Shown piece after piece: positions 27,911 through 28,463 of a DNA stretch of 28,463 nt. The stretch comes from an uncultured Spirochaetota bacterium. GTDB lineage: Bacteria; Spirochaetota; Spirochaetia; SZUA-6; Fen-1364. Numbering within the stretch: position 1 is the first letter of the stretch; each line of letters starts with the position of its first letter. Under the pieces are notes generated by a model, which saw only the letters and a program-made list of their open reading frames with translations, was not told the origin of the DNA and ran no database searches. Location: positions 1 through 28,463 of the forward strand of contig CAVUXE010000077.1 in NCBI GenBank assembly GCA_963745235.1, read 5' to 3'. The position numbers were made by a program, and so were the translations under genes.

Positions 27911-28463
27911 CGCGAAGAGCCAGGCGCGGCATTGGAGGAGGCGGGACATGACTTTTCGGGCATGATGAACTCCGTGCGCAAGGTGGAAGAGATGGCCGCG
28001 GAGTGCCGAGCCGTGGCGCGGGAAAGCGGCAAGTCGCTGGAGACGTCGCTGTCCGCGATCAACCCGGGGAACGGAGAGCATCCGCGTTCTGGAGGATCGC
28101 ACCGCGCGTATCGAGGAGGCCGTGTCCGTCATCGGCGACGTTGCAGATCAGACGGAGCTGCTCTCCCTGAACGCCGCCATCGAGGCGGCGGGCGGGCGAG
28201 GCGGGCAGGGGATTCACCGTCGTTGCCCAGGAGGTCCGCAAGCTCGCGGATCGCAGCGCCCGGGCCGCAGCGGAGATTTCGGACTGGTCCAGGCGGTGCT
28301 CGATGCGGTGAAGAAGATCGTCGCGGATGCGCACGAATCCCTTACCAGCGGAAACGCGCTGAAAGACGAGCTGGAGAAAATAGGCGTCGCCATTACCTCC
28401 ATCGCCGATCTTTCGCGCCTGGCGTCCACCGCGGTCGGCAGGGCCGAAACGACGCTCGGATCG
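27911..28463 (+). pseudogene. methyl-accepting chemotaxis protein signalling domain, N-terminally truncated, about 3 frameshifts, runs off the window
   Basis: Hand translation: [28 protein letters not shown] / [28 protein letters not shown] / [12 protein letters not shown], the MCP hairpin-tip signature. Not in the supplied ORF track. Confidence 0.88.

Noticed and set aside
27911-28062. N-terminus of the predicted 219-aa permease ORF
   Set aside because: It is the reverse complement of MCP coding sequence, is hydrophilic and lacks the expected transmembrane helices.

Overview
A bacterial accessory-metabolism window, probably from a spirochaete (weak inference from the solute-binding-protein leaders, the secreted ankyrin protein and the MCP). 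(1) 1-2.4 kb: end of a D-psicose/D-tagatose 3-epimerase-family gene, a broken LacI regulator, a small hypothetical and a UPF0303-type gene. (2) 2.6-6.4 kb, minus strand: an AraC(YqhC-type)-controlled carbonyl-reduction module with a truly deleted Fe-ADH pseudogene, an aldo/keto reductase and an F420/P5CR-like oxidoreductase. (3) 6.8-20.9 kb, the main finding: a 14-gene, single-strand catabolic cluster behind a sigma70 promoter and a FadR/PdhR-type palindrome. It has an atypical M24 hydrolase, two Gfo/Idh/MocA dehydrogenases, two paralogous CUT1 ABC sets, a divergent beta-keto acid cleavage enzyme, a BDH2-like SDR, a FadR regulator and two creatininase-family paralogues with altered motifs. I do not recognise this gene set as a described pathway. 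(4) 21-24 kb: a Cys-rich stand-alone PAS protein, an SDR with a large insert flanked by 11-bp direct repeats, an IS3 right-end remnant and a secreted ankyrin protein. (5) 24.4-28.5 kb: a GH36 alpha-galactosidase and ABC permeases, joined back-to-back to an N-terminally truncated MCP. Single-base frameshifts cluster near the two ends of the window, which suggests sequencing error. All calls come from motif reading; no database search was run.
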